Shown: piece by piece, positions 47,701 through 56,327 of the stretch | How the letters are laid out: the number at the start of each line of letters is the position of its first letter | Numbering within the stretch: the stretch's first letter is position 1 | Assembly: GCA_002071485.1 (NCBI GenBank) | Contig: MWFF01000078.1 | Span: 3,890 to 67,889, forward strand | Source of the DNA: Verrucomicrobia bacterium ADurb.Bin006 | Lineage (GTDB): Bacteria > Verrucomicrobiota > Verrucomicrobiia > Limisphaerales > J093 | Direction of reading: 5' to 3' | Length of the DNA stretch: 64,000 nt | Program-made: the position numbers and the translations under genes | Notes under the pieces: generated by a model | Seen by the model: only the letters and a program-made list of their open reading frames with translations | What the model was told of the DNA's origin: nothing | Databases searched by the model: none

Positions 47701-50700
47701 GGTCGAGCTTGACCAGCAGGGCGTCGATGGCCTGGTTGTCGTCCACCCCGGCGGCGACCAGGAGGCTGTTGCTGCGCGGATCGGCCAGGATGACGGGCCG
47801 GTTGCGCTGCATGTCGGGCGTCCGTGCGGCTTGATAGCGCCGGTTGAAAAGGTCGCTCAGCGTTGTCGCGAGCGTCCCGGCATCGGAGTGCTCCAGGGGA
47901 ATCAGCCGCACCTGGCCGACGAGCGAGGTGCCCGGCTGATCCAACTGCGCCACCAGCGTCTGGACAAGATCGAAGCCGTCCGGACCGCCGCTGATCAGCA
48001 AGCTGTTGCTCCGGGCATCGGGAATCACGGCCACGCGCGAGGATGGGCCCATCCGGCGCCCTCCGCCCCGGGGTCGGGCCCGTTCATCGAGCAGTCGCTG
48101 GAGGGATGAGGCGATGGTTGTGGCGTCGGCATGGGTGAGGGGGAGGATGCGGATGCCGCGCAGGTCGTCGGGCAGTTCGCGATCAAGTTGCTCGACAAGT
48201 TCGGCGATGCGTTCGAGGGCCTTGGCGGCGCCCGCGGCGAGCAGCGTGTTGGTCCGCTCGTCAACCGACACGTTCGCCCGGTCCTCGGGGCGGGGGCGTC
48301 CGGCGCCCGCGGCGCGGGTGGACAGGTCATTGAGCACCTGCAGGATGCTCGAGGCGTCCGCATGGGTGAGGGGGAACACGCGAAGCGATTCCGCCCCGGC
48401 GGCGGAGGGCGTGTCGAGGAGCGCGACGACGGCGGCGAGGGCATCGAGGTTTCCGGGTGTCGAGCCGATGACGAGCCGGTTCCCACCCTCGGCATTGGGT
48501 TGGGCCGGGTCAGCCACGATCTTGATCGGCTGGGTCAGATCCAGACCGATCGGACGCCCCTGGGCATCGAGCAGTTTCAAGCGGCTGATCTGCTCCTGCA
48601 ATTGGCGGGCTTCGGCGCTCAGTTCGCTCGAGGCATCGGGGCGCAAGACGCTCTTCATCAGCCCCGCCACCGCGGGCGCCTGCGCGTGCTTCAGATCGAG
48701 CGTCCGCAGCTCGATCTCGGCGAACTCGGACGACGTGTCCAACTCGTGGATCAAGGCCTCGATACGGTCCAGCACGCTCTGCCGGCCGACCAGGAAGATG
48801 CCCCGGCTGCGCGGATCGCCCGCAATGGCCGCCGGCTCGCCCGGACGCGCGCTGGTCAACTGGGTCAGCATCTGGCGAAGGAGCGGCAACACCCGTTCGG
48901 GCGTCACGTGCTCGAGGGGCACAAGGCGGTGCGCCAGTTCCGCCGTCAATCCGCCCTCGTCCAATTGCTCGATGATCGATTCGAGCAAAGCGAAATCCGC
49001 CGGACGCGCGCGCACGATGACGCTGTGCGTGCGCGATTCCGCAACCACGGCGACCTTCGGCGCGACGACCTGCGGCTGGCCCTGAGAGCGCCCCTGGTTG
49101 TCGACACGCCCCCCGCCTTGACTCTCGGCCTCTCTGCGCCCGTCCGCGCCCCGTCGGGGCGTGGCGCCGCCCGGCTGGCCCGCCTGTCCCTGAGCTTGCG
49201 TCGGAACCGGCTTGAACAATTCGTTCAGCACGCGCGCGACCACGACGGGGTCGGCTTCCTTGAGGCGGAACTGGCGTATCTCGAACTCCGGCGAGGCGAT
49301 CGAGGCCGAAAGCTGATAAACAAGTGAACTGATGTGATCCAGCTCGTAGGCCGGACCCGAGGCGATCAGCGCGTTGGCCGCCTTGTCCACGGCGATGACC
49401 ACCTCCGGAGGGGCCGCCGGCGACGGAGGGGCGTCCGGGGCCGCCGGCGCGTCGGGTCGGGTGGGTGTGGCGGCAGGCGCGTTGGTGACGGGGGAGAGAG
49501 AGGGAGCCGGACGTGGCGTTGGGCTGGGCAATCGGTCGACGAGCCGGACCTGTCCCTCGTTGAGCTGCGAGTAGAGGTTGGTCAGCATGGCGGCCATGCG
49601 CTCGACCGGGACGTCGGTCAGGGGGATCATTCGGACCTGGAGGCTGGTGTCGCGGGCGGCTTCATCGAGCTTCAGCACGACGCTCTCGATTTCGAGAAGA
49701 TCGGCGGGCTTGGCAACGATGGTCAGCGAGTTCGAAAACGAATCGGGCTCGATGAGCGGCCGTTCGGCCCGGGGGCGCTCGGCGAAGAGGGCCTCGGCCT
49801 TCAGCGCCACGTCAAAGGCCCGCGCGTTCTTCAGCCAGTAAAATTGCACCTGGCGATCCGAGTGTTGCGGCGCCTGGTCGAGCGTGACAAGAAGTTGCTC
49901 CACCAGCTTGAACGAGTCCGCCGAGCCCGACACCAGCAGCGAGTTCGTCCGCTCGTCAGCCGCAATCGTGACGGTGCTGTCCCGCTGGAACCGATTGCCG
50001 AAACGCGGGCGCGCCCGCGAGAGCCCCTCGATCAACTGCGTGAGCACGCGGCTCAACTCGCGCGCACTGCCGTGCTCGAGCTGGAAGACCCGCGTCTCGA
50101 TCTGGTCGGAAGGACTGTCTTGGTCGAGTTCCCGAATCAAGGCGGCAATCCTCTGCACTTCGGCTTCCGGGCCGCTGAGCAGCAGGCTGCGCCCACCCGG
50201 CACGGCCGTCACGCTCACCCGCGGCGCGGTGTTGGGCGGACTCTGCGTGGCGAGCGTTTGCGTCACCGCGGCGGCCACCGCCTCGGGCTGGGCCTTCTCG
50301 ACCCGCACCGTCTGGATGCTTGCGGCGTCCTCGCTGCGGGGCGAATCGAGGGTGCGAATGAGCTGGGTGGCCAGCGCGAGCTTCTCCGGGGACGCCTGCA
50401 CGACGACCGCGTTGAGCGCCGGCGCGGCGGCCACGCGGACCTCGCCCGAACCGGTCCCGCCCCGCCAGCCGCGCGAGCTGCGCCAACGTTGACTGGCGTC
50501 TCCCAAGAGCATGGACTGCAGAACCTCGACCACCTGGGCCGGATCGCCATGCTGGAGGCGGAAGGTGCGGATTTGCGACGCCGCCGCTGCGGCCGCGCGC
50601 AAATCGTCAAGGACCTTCTCGATCCTCTCGAACTGGTCGGCCGTGGCCGCCACCATCAGCAGTTCCGAGCCGCTGTCGATCTCGAACCGCGGCGCCGGCG

Positions 50701-53443
50701 GTGCGGCCGACATCGGTTGATCCCAGCGACGGCGGGATTCCGACGGGTCGGCGAAGATGCGGTTGAGGGCCTCCGCCAGCTCGACGGATCGCCCCTCCGG
50801 CAGTGCGTAGGTGCGCACCTCGATCCCCCCAAGCGTGGGCGGGACATCGAGGGCCTGCACAGTCTCACGCAGCCGATCGATCATCGACTCGCCAGCCTCG
50901 ATCACCAGCGCACGGTCGTCCGGGGCCGCCGTGAGCGCGATCCGCGTGTCCGGATCGGAACTGCGCATCTGCGGGTAGAACATCTGCGTGACCATCGCCG
51001 CGATCGACGCCGCCGAGTTGCGGTCGATCGGCAGGATTTCCAACTTGCGCCCGCCCGCGAGCCCGGCCTCGTCTAGCCGGTTGATGATGTCCTCGACCAG
51101 TTCGAGCTGGGAGTCGGGAGCCGACACAACCACGCAATTGCTCCGTTCTTCAGCGGCGGCCGCCACGTAGCCTGCCCCGCCGCCGCGGCGGCGCGATTCG
51201 TACCCGCCCATTGTGCTCAGGACCATGTTGGCCACCTGCCGCGCATCGGCGTTCTTCAGCTTGAAGACTCGGGTGCTTTGGGGGGTCGGGACGCTGTCGA
51301 GTTGGGCGACGAGGGTCTCGACGCGGTCGAGCGCCTCCGCCGTGCCGGCGAGCAGCAGCCGGTTGCCCACGGGCGAGGACTGCACCTGGACGCGCCCGAA
51401 CGGGCTGGCGCCCCGGCCGTCACGCCCAAACTGATACAGCGCCTCGTTCAACATCGGGGCCAGGGCCTGCGCCGATCCCGACTTGACCTCGACGACGCGC
51501 GTTTCAATGCCTCCGGCCGCGGCGGCCGTATCGAGTGTTCGCACCGCCTCCTCGAGCCGGGCCATCATCGACTCGTCGGCTTCGAGCACGAGGGCGCGGT
51601 CATTGGGCGCCGGAGCGAGCGCGACGCGCTGGGTGGGATCGTACGAGTTGACTTGGGGGGCGAACAACCGCGCGAGCGTGCCGGCGACCGTGGCGGCCGA
51701 GTTGTTGGTGAGTTCGAGGATTTTCAATTGCCGCCCGCCGACCGCGCCCACCGCCTCGAGCTGTTCGATCACCTGCTCGATCATCTTCATCTGGCCTTCC
51801 GAAGCCGCGACGATCAGCGAGTTGCTGCGATCGTCCGCGGCAGCCAGCACTGCACCGCCGCCGCCGCGGCGGCGCCAGTCGTATCCGCCCATCGCGCCCA
51901 TGATCAGGCCCGCGACGCGGCCGGCGTTTGCCTGGCGCAGCTTGAACACGCGCGTCACTTCGGCCGGCGCGCTCACCGTGTCGAGTTGCTCGATCAGGCG
52001 CAGGACGTCGTCGAGGGCGGCCGGGGCGCCGGTCAGCAGTATCCGGTTCCCCATCGGCGCGGCCTGGATTCGCACCTGGCTCATTGGATTCGGGCCGGGT
52101 GTGTCCCGAGTCAGATCGGTCAGGGCATCGCGGAGCATCGGCGTCAAAGCCTGGGCGGATCCCGACTTGAGATCCACCACGCGCAGTTCTCGCTGCGGCG
52201 TCGAACGGTCGGGGGCCTTCTCCGCGGGCGTCTCCTGAGTGGACGGATCGAGACGGCGAATGAGCGCGGTGATGGCGTCGAGTTGCCCAATGGCCGGCGC
52301 CGTCACAATCAGCCGGTTGCTGGTCCGATCGGTGATCACCTTGGCGCGGGTGTCGCTCTCGCGCCCGCGATCGCCTCGCCCAGCGACGCCCGGGATCGCC
52401 TGGCGGACCATTTCGGCCAGTTCCTCGACGGGCATTTGTGGGTAGAACACCTTGATTTCGCTCGCGGCGGCGCCCGCATCGCTCTCGAAACGGGCAATCA
52501 GGTCGCCGGCCATGTCGATCCGTTCCGACGGCCCGAACAGCACCAGCGTGTTCGAGGCCTCGGCAAAAATCGCGGTCACGTAATCGGTGGGGTCGGGCGG
52601 CAGCACTTCGTAGGCCTTGCGCTGCTCGTTGAACACGGTCCGCTTCGGGGCCGTGGCGATGCCGAACGTGCGGTTCAACAGGTCGCTCATCAACGTGCCG
52701 GACACGTTGCGCAGGGCGAACGTCTTGACCTGCCGCTGGACCGGCGAGGCCGTGTCCACCTGGTCGAGCAATTGCCGGACGCGCTGGATGTTCGCAAGGC
52801 GATCGGTGATGATCAGCCCGCGCCCGCGCGAGAGCGACGCCACGGAACCGGCTGACGAAAGCATGGCGCTGATGGGCTGCGAGAGTTCGCCCGCATCCAG
52901 ATTCTTGAGATCCAACACAACCGTGACGAGTTCGCCGGGGCGCACATCGCCAACGTTCTCGAGCCCGCGGATCAGCTTGAGCGGCATTTGGGACAACGCC
53001 TTGAAGGGAACCAGGCGCAGGTAACGGTCGTCTTCGATCAACATGACGCTCTTGGTCGCCAGGATCAGGTTCAACGTGTCCAGCGCCTCCCCGTATGTGT
53101 AGGGCTTCGGATCCGAAAACGTCAGCGCGCCTTCTACAACCGTGTCGGCGATCAACGGCTTGCCGGCCATCTGGCAGAAGCGCTGGATCGCCTCGGAATA
53201 AGGCATGCCGGCAAAGTCAAACCGGATGCCGGCCGCGTCGGGCGGCGCGTTCGTCGCTGTGCCCGATGGCGGGGTGACGGAGGCCGGCGTCGCGGCGCCG
53301 GCATCGATCGGGACGGCGTCCGGCGCCGAGTTTGTGGCCGGGACAGGCGTGTCGGCGCCCGCGCCGTCGGCCGCCAGCGGTCGCAGCGGCGCCAGGCTAG
53401 AGAGAGCCAAACAGACCAAACAGATGCAGTGATCGAGTCTCAT
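44726..53443 (-). CDS. gspD: Giant T2SS-type secretin (GspD family), 2,905 aa, with about 29 tandem Secretin_N-type modules
   Basis: Signal peptide, then an N0-like block (IRFDFAGMPYSEAIQRFCQMAGKPLI). Repeated modules follow the pattern hRhFxLxxxxA ... D.RSNSLhh.A ... h..hh..LD. The C-terminal secretin domain reads LLAEVTLD ... GGLIGTIDDERTKKVPLLGDIPGLGVLFRSK. Its ATG overlaps the upstream stop (ATGA). Confidence 0.9.
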   Translation of the reverse strand: MRLDHCICLVCLALSSLAPLRPLAADGAGADTPVPATNSAPDAVPIDAGAATPASVTPPSGTATNAPPDAAGIRFDFAGMPYSEAIQRFCQMAGKPLIADTVVEGALTFSDPKPYTYGEALDTLNLILATKSVMLIEDDRYLRLVPFKALSQMPLKLIRGLENVGDVRPGELVTVVLDLKNLDAGELSQPISAMLSSAGSVASLSRGRGLIITDRLANIQRVRQLLDQVDTASPVQRQVKTFALRNVSGTLMSDLLNRTFGIATAPKRTVFNEQRKAYEVLPPDPTDYVTAIFAEASNTLVLFGPSERIDMAGDLIARFESDAGAAASEIKVFYPQMPVEELAEMVRQAIPGVAGRGDRGRESDTRAKVITDRTSNRLIVTAPAIGQLDAITALIRRLDPSTQETPAEKAPDRSTPQRELRVVDLKSGSAQALTPMLRDALTDLTRDTPGPNPMSQVRIQAAPMGNRILLTGAPAALDDVLRLIEQLDTVSAPAEVTRVFKLRQANAGRVAGLIMGAMGGYDWRRRGGGGAVLAAADDRSNSLIVAASEGQMKMIEQVIEQLEAVGAVGGRQLKILELTNNSAATVAGTLARLFAPQVNSYDPTQRVALAPAPNDRALVLEADESMMARLEEAVRTLDTAAAAGGIETRVVEVKSGSAQALAPMLNEALYQFGRDGRGASPFGRVQVQSSPVGNRLLLAGTAEALDRVETLVAQLDSVPTPQSTRVFKLKNADARQVANMVLSTMGGYESRRRGGGAGYVAAAAEERSNCVVVSAPDSQLELVEDIINRLDEAGLAGGRKLEILPIDRNSAASIAAMVTQMFYPQMRSSDPDTRIALTAAPDDRALVIEAGESMIDRLRETVQALDVPPTLGGIEVRTYALPEGRSVELAEALNRIFADPSESRRRWDQPMSAAPPAPRFEIDSGSELLMVAATADQFERIEKVLDDLRAAAAAASQIRTFRLQHGDPAQVVEVLQSMLLGDASQRWRSSRGWRGGTGSGEVRVAAAPALNAVVVQASPEKLALATQLIRTLDSPRSEDAASIQTVRVEKAQPEAVAAAVTQTLATQSPPNTAPRVSVTAVPGGRSLLLSGPEAEVQRIAALIRELDQDSPSDQIETRVFQLEHGSARELSRVLTQLIEGLSRARPRFGNRFQRDSTVTIAADERTNSLLVSGSADSFKLVEQLLVTLDQAPQHSDRQVQFYWLKNARAFDVALKAEALFAERPRAERPLIEPDSFSNSLTIVAKPADLLEIESVVLKLDEAARDTSLQVRMIPLTDVPVERMAAMLTNLYSQLNEGQVRLVDRLPSPTPRPAPSLSPVTNAPAATPTRPDAPAAPDAPPSPAAPPEVVIAVDKAANALIASGPAYELDHISSLVYQLSASIASPEFEIRQFRLKEADPVVVARVLNELFKPVPTQAQGQAGQPGGATPRRGADGRREAESQGGGRVDNQGRSQGQPQVVAPKVAVVAESRTHSVIVRARPADFALLESIIEQLDEGGLTAELAHRLVPLEHVTPERVLPLLRQMLTQLTSARPGEPAAIAGDPRSRGIFLVGRQSVLDRIEALIHELDTSSEFAEIELRTLDLKHAQAPAVAGLMKSVLRPDASSELSAEARQLQEQISRLKLLDAQGRPIGLDLTQPIKIVADPAQPNAEGGNRLVIGSTPGNLDALAAVVALLDTPSAAGAESLRVFPLTHADASSILQVLNDLSTRAAGAGRPRPEDRANVSVDERTNTLLAAGAAKALERIAELVEQLDRELPDDLRGIRILPLTHADATTIASSLQRLLDERARPRGGGRRMGPSSRVAVIPDARSNSLLISGGPDGFDLVQTLVAQLDQPGTSLVGQVRLIPLEHSDAGTLATTLSDLFNRRYQAARTPDMQRNRPVILADPRSNSLLVAAGVDDNQAIDALLVKLDRPPENPSVELSVLGLEYNDSARVAVTIRSVFAARLRSMTPVGQQPAPSDRVEVEADTLSNALVISASKPNLELVRELVAKLDAEPVATGGLIETFTLEHADVQRVSTLLRSLLDQGLYRPGLAVEGGRRSRRDALALATDPRSNTLIVSASPENLLIVKELIRQLDTADFTGASDIRLFALKRARASHLATVLEQFFRARRASETAVGAAQRSAPVTVTADDRTNTLLITGGKESFDAVERMIEQLDTDTAMARTNFRVYELRHTTATKLQATLQRLFTNRPPRIQGQPPEPVTVIADGWANALIIGASDDDLAMVASLIEKLDTEQPAGGAQVQVFQMAKADARRVQQTLQSLFRGSAGAGAAPGAALVPVVLDVDERLNAIIVSAGETDLKRIADLVKKLDTDQVARVAEIRIFPLQNGRAVEMALVLNNVLNNNPRALTEASPNRQSLLQFITKTQEGERLITSALKEGILIVPDSRANSLVVSAPLDYMALLSEVISHLDATAPTMAQIKVFHLKNADARQMAQVLTSLFRLQRVGAAGAGQQSVQYVMPATTDATGPEGEAPAEAIGAVVGSAQEDALSVTVDFRTNSLLVGGTEHYVALATQIIATLDSTPAQERTAKVYRLKNARSQAVEASLRTFLQQDLQRIMSILGPSGVGTAQNILDREVSIVSETNSNSLLISASPRYFKEVQGLVEELDQPQPQVLIQVLLAEVTLDSTTQLGVEWDYTSDTDPVVSTGTDFGQRELLQDYGGYWSSVTGSNYRFLVRALQNQGRLEVLSRPQILTADNQEATINIGQSVPVVQSTQVTPQGGTVSAIEYRDVGVMLTVTPRISPDGYVKMDVAPSISDLSSSKVTISKGEDLPIINQRTATTTVTVKSGQSVLIGGLIGTIDDERTKKVPLLGDIPGLGVLFRSKSKGQTRKELLVVLTPQILLKGEGEGRSFDAQTFTEEELRGSTIQGEFQRDPLQRRVLDPLLPPKTLESQTPQ

Positions 53444-54444
53444 GGTAGAACCGGGTGTGTGGGAATCGGGTGAAGCGTCGCCGGAAGTTCTTCCGGCGCC
53501 AGTAGGCGTCGGTCAGCCAGGGTCTGACCCGGCTCGACCGCCCAGTAGTTGGTGTCGATCCGCCAGATGAGGCGGCTGTAGCTGATCAGGCCGGCCTTGC
53601 CGGGCACGGGCTGCGGGCGGTAGTCCACCGCCGCCACCTCGCCGTCGAGCAGTTCATCGCCGGGCCGGCGGACAACCAGCCGCTGTTGCCGCGCGTCGAA
53701 CAGGTGCACCTCCGGTTGCCCGTCCCACGAAGAGAGCGAGACGATCCGCAAATGCGGCTGTTCCGACTCAGGCGTCGGCGCACCCGCAGGCGGCGGATTC
53801 GCGGCGCGCTCCTGGGGCGAGTGTGGACGGAAGAGATCGCGCTGCGTGATTGCGTCGTATCGCCGGCGCAGGGGCGCATCGAGGCTCAGTTCCGCCTCGG
53901 GGATCGCGGCCTCGATCTCGACCGCCGGCAGGAATACCAATGTCGCATACCGAAACCGAATCCGCGTACGGTCGCCTTCATTGGCGGGAGACAGCGAGAG
54001 ACCCTCGATCCGTTGCAGCCGCGGCTCGCTCTGCAACAGAAAGAGCAAATCCAGCAAACGCGCCAGAGACCCCTCCCCCTGCACGGACCATCCCACCTCC
54101 TCCGCGCCCGGCAGGCGGCGGCGTCCGACGGGGACGCGGGTGAAATCGGCTTCGCGCAAGCCCACGCGCACGATCTGGGCCGTCAACAAGGCTCCAAGTC
54201 GCGCCTCCGCCTCCGCGGCCTGGCTGGCGAACAGCCGGGCGGCGCCGGCCCGCACTTCGGTGTCCGCCTTCAGAAAGGCCTGTCTCTCCTTCTGCAGCGA
54301 TTTCAACCGCGATTCGAGCGCCAGAATCTGCCCATCGAGAGTGCGCAGGGGACGATTGATCGCAGCCCTCAGCACAAAACCCATGGCCAGCAGCCCGGCC
54401 ACGCCCAACGCCGCCCAGGCAAGAAGTCGGACCCGCTTATTCAC
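53440..54444 (-). CDS. Bitopic inner-membrane T2SS component: PilO/GspM-like N-terminal half, PilP/GspC-HR-like C-terminal half (tentative)
   Basis: Start trimmed to GTG 54444, preceded by GGAAGGAGG. TM helix LLAWAALGVAGLLAMGFVL, a coiled coil (LALESRLKSLQKERQAFL), then a beta-rich C-terminus (LRIVSLSSWDGQPEVHLFDARQQRLVV). Confidence 0.6.
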   Translation of the reverse strand: MNKRVRLLAWAALGVAGLLAMGFVLRAAINRPLRTLDGQILALESRLKSLQKERQAFLKADTEVRAGAARLFASQAAEAEARLGALLTAQIVRVGLREADFTRVPVGRRRLPGAEEVGWSVQGEGSLARLLDLLFLLQSEPRLQRIEGLSLSPANEGDRTRIRFRYATLVFLPAVEIEAAIPEAELSLDAPLRRRYDAITQRDLFRPHSPQERAANPPPAGAPTPESEQPHLRIVSLSSWDGQPEVHLFDARQQRLVVRRPGDELLDGEVAAVDYRPQPVPGKAGLISYSRLIWRIDTNYWAVEPGQTLADRRLLAPEELPATLHPIPTHPVLP

Positions 54445-56317
54445 GCCAGCCTCCTTCCGGACGGCGTCGACGCATTCGCGGCTCACCCCCCGCCTGGGAT
54501 CCACGCTGCTCCCTCCAGGCCCCCGATGCCGGCGCCGCAGCCGGAACGGCGCCCGGTGGTGCGCCGTGAGAGGCCTCAGCCGGCGGCGCGGGTGACGCAG
54601 CCGGCGGCGCGGGTAACGCAACCTGGGGTGTGGGAGCCGCAGCCTGGGGCGTGGGAGCCGACGCCGCGGCCTCAGAGGCGGCGGGGGAATGGGGTGGACG
54701 CGATTCGACCGCGAGGGCATCGAGATTGTTTGTGATCGCGGTTGGGATGCCCAGTTCGAGGTTCGCCTGGAACCGGAATCCGAAGCGGTCCATCGCCGGC
54801 ATGATGGCGGGCGCCTTGACCTGGTAGCCGGCAGAACGCAGCGTTTCCAACAGGCGATCCACAGTCTCACCGCCGCGGACCTTGACCGCGAGGTTGAGCG
54901 TGTTGCGGGCGCTTGCCGAAAGCGCGGTCACATAGAGATCCCGACTGGGCGGCAGCAGGGCGCTCAAGACAGTCAGGTGATCGAGCCAGTTGCGCCCGGT
55001 CTCCGACCATTCGGCGAGGGTCCGGGCCTGGTTGCGGACATGCCGGTAGGCGGCGAGGTTCTTGGACCCGAGCGTGATCTGTTCCTGCAGTTGGGCGCGG
55101 TGCCGCTCCCGGGCCCCTATCCACCGCGCCCGCAGGCCGGCAGCCGCCAGCAGAACCGCCAGAATCGCCGCCACAATACCCAATTGCCGCGCGCGCCGGT
55201 TGTCACGCGCGACCGGAGGGCGCTTGGGATTCAGAAGATCGATCGGCAACCCCTCGGGTTCGAGCGCGCCCAGGGCGAGACCGATGGCCGGCAGCGCATG
55301 GGTCGGCGACTCGGCGTTGTCGGACGCCTCACTCCACGGCCCCGCGGGCTCGAGAACCTCGGCCTGCACCCCCAACTGGCTCGCCAGCGCCTGCGCCAGG
55401 CCCGGCTCGGCGCCGGTCGACCCCGTCACAAGGCAACGCCCGATCGGATGGTGATCCGCAACGCCTTCGTAGCTGTGCAGGCTGCGCACAACCTCGGTCA
55501 ATACCGATTCGGCCGTTGGCTCGACCAGCGCGGGCCCAGGTCCCCGCGCGGGCCCCGCGCCTGCCGCCAAGGCCCCAACCTGGCTGAACACCAACGCGCC
55601 CTCGAACAACACGTCGAACAGGACTTCGCGTCGATGGACAGAGATCAGGGCGACACACCCTTGCGTCGTTCGAGAATCCAGGCATTGCGCTGCGCGCGCG
55701 CTCGCCATCGACCGCAGTCCCAAGCCCGCCAGCTTCACTCCCGCCGCTTTGGCCAGGGACTGGTAGTGCTCAACCGTGTCGCGTCGGACCACGGCGGCCA
55801 GCACGCGGACCGGGGTCGCCGCCCCTTGCGGGCCCGGGCGGTCCGGCGCGGTCGGCTCAGCCTGCAGGGAGGCTGGATGCTTCAGAGTTCTGAAATCGAT
55901 CACAGCTTCGTCGAGACCGAACGGCAAGTCGCGCTGCAGTCGCAGATGCACCATCGCCGCGATCTCCGCCTCGCGTTCGGCCGGCGGCAAGTCGAGAGTC
56001 CGCAGCATCACCCGCGCGCGCGGCACCCCCATGACCACGGCGCCAGGGCGAATTCCAGCGCGCGCCAGCGCGGCGGCAAACACCGGACCCGAAACCGACC
56101 CCGTCTCCGAATCGGCGTCCGGCGGCCGATCCAGTGGAACAGCGGCATGCCGGACAACCCGGGGCTCTCCGCTGCGCGACGCCGCCTGCACCACCTCGAG
56201 GAAGCCCCCTTCGAGATCGAGGGCCGTGATGCTGGTGCGCCGACTCCGGCGCGACGCTGTCGGCCGGTTCAAACGGGCCGCAAGACCAGTCCAGATGTGA
56301 TCGAGGTTGAGCGCCAT
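54437..56317 (-). CDS. GspL-like protein built as a PilM (actin-like) - TM - PilN-like fusion with a Pro/Ala-rich tail
   Basis: N-terminal ITALDLEGGFLEVV...VVMGVPRARVMLRTLDLPP is a PilM-type fold. TM helix LGIVAAILAVLLAAAGL. Periplasmic PilN-like region. The C-terminal tail is APTPQAAAPTPQVALPAPPAASPAPPAE. Confidence 0.7.
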   Translation of the reverse strand: MALNLDHIWTGLAARLNRPTASRRSRRTSITALDLEGGFLEVVQAASRSGEPRVVRHAAVPLDRPPDADSETGSVSGPVFAAALARAGIRPGAVVMGVPRARVMLRTLDLPPAEREAEIAAMVHLRLQRDLPFGLDEAVIDFRTLKHPASLQAEPTAPDRPGPQGAATPVRVLAAVVRRDTVEHYQSLAKAAGVKLAGLGLRSMASARAAQCLDSRTTQGCVALISVHRREVLFDVLFEGALVFSQVGALAAGAGPARGPGPALVEPTAESVLTEVVRSLHSYEGVADHHPIGRCLVTGSTGAEPGLAQALASQLGVQAEVLEPAGPWSEASDNAESPTHALPAIGLALGALEPEGLPIDLLNPKRPPVARDNRRARQLGIVAAILAVLLAAAGLRARWIGARERHRAQLQEQITLGSKNLAAYRHVRNQARTLAEWSETGRNWLDHLTVLSALLPPSRDLYVTALSASARNTLNLAVKVRGGETVDRLLETLRSAGYQVKAPAIMPAMDRFGFRFQANLELGIPTAITNNLDALAVESRPPHSPAASEAAASAPTPQAAAPTPQVALPAPPAASPAPPAEASHGAPPGAVPAAAPASGAWREQRGSQAGGEPRMRRRRPEGGWRE

Positions 56318-56327
56318 GACTCAAGAC

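Noticed and set aside
45530-52855. Four very long plus-strand ORFs (45530-48109, 48131-49327, 49334-51076, 51278-52855) opposite the secretin gene
   Set aside because: Their translations are Arg/Gly/Asp/His-rich low-complexity sequence with no motifs. The minus strand encodes a coherent secretin with repeated recognisable modules. These are typical antisense ORFs of high-GC DNA.
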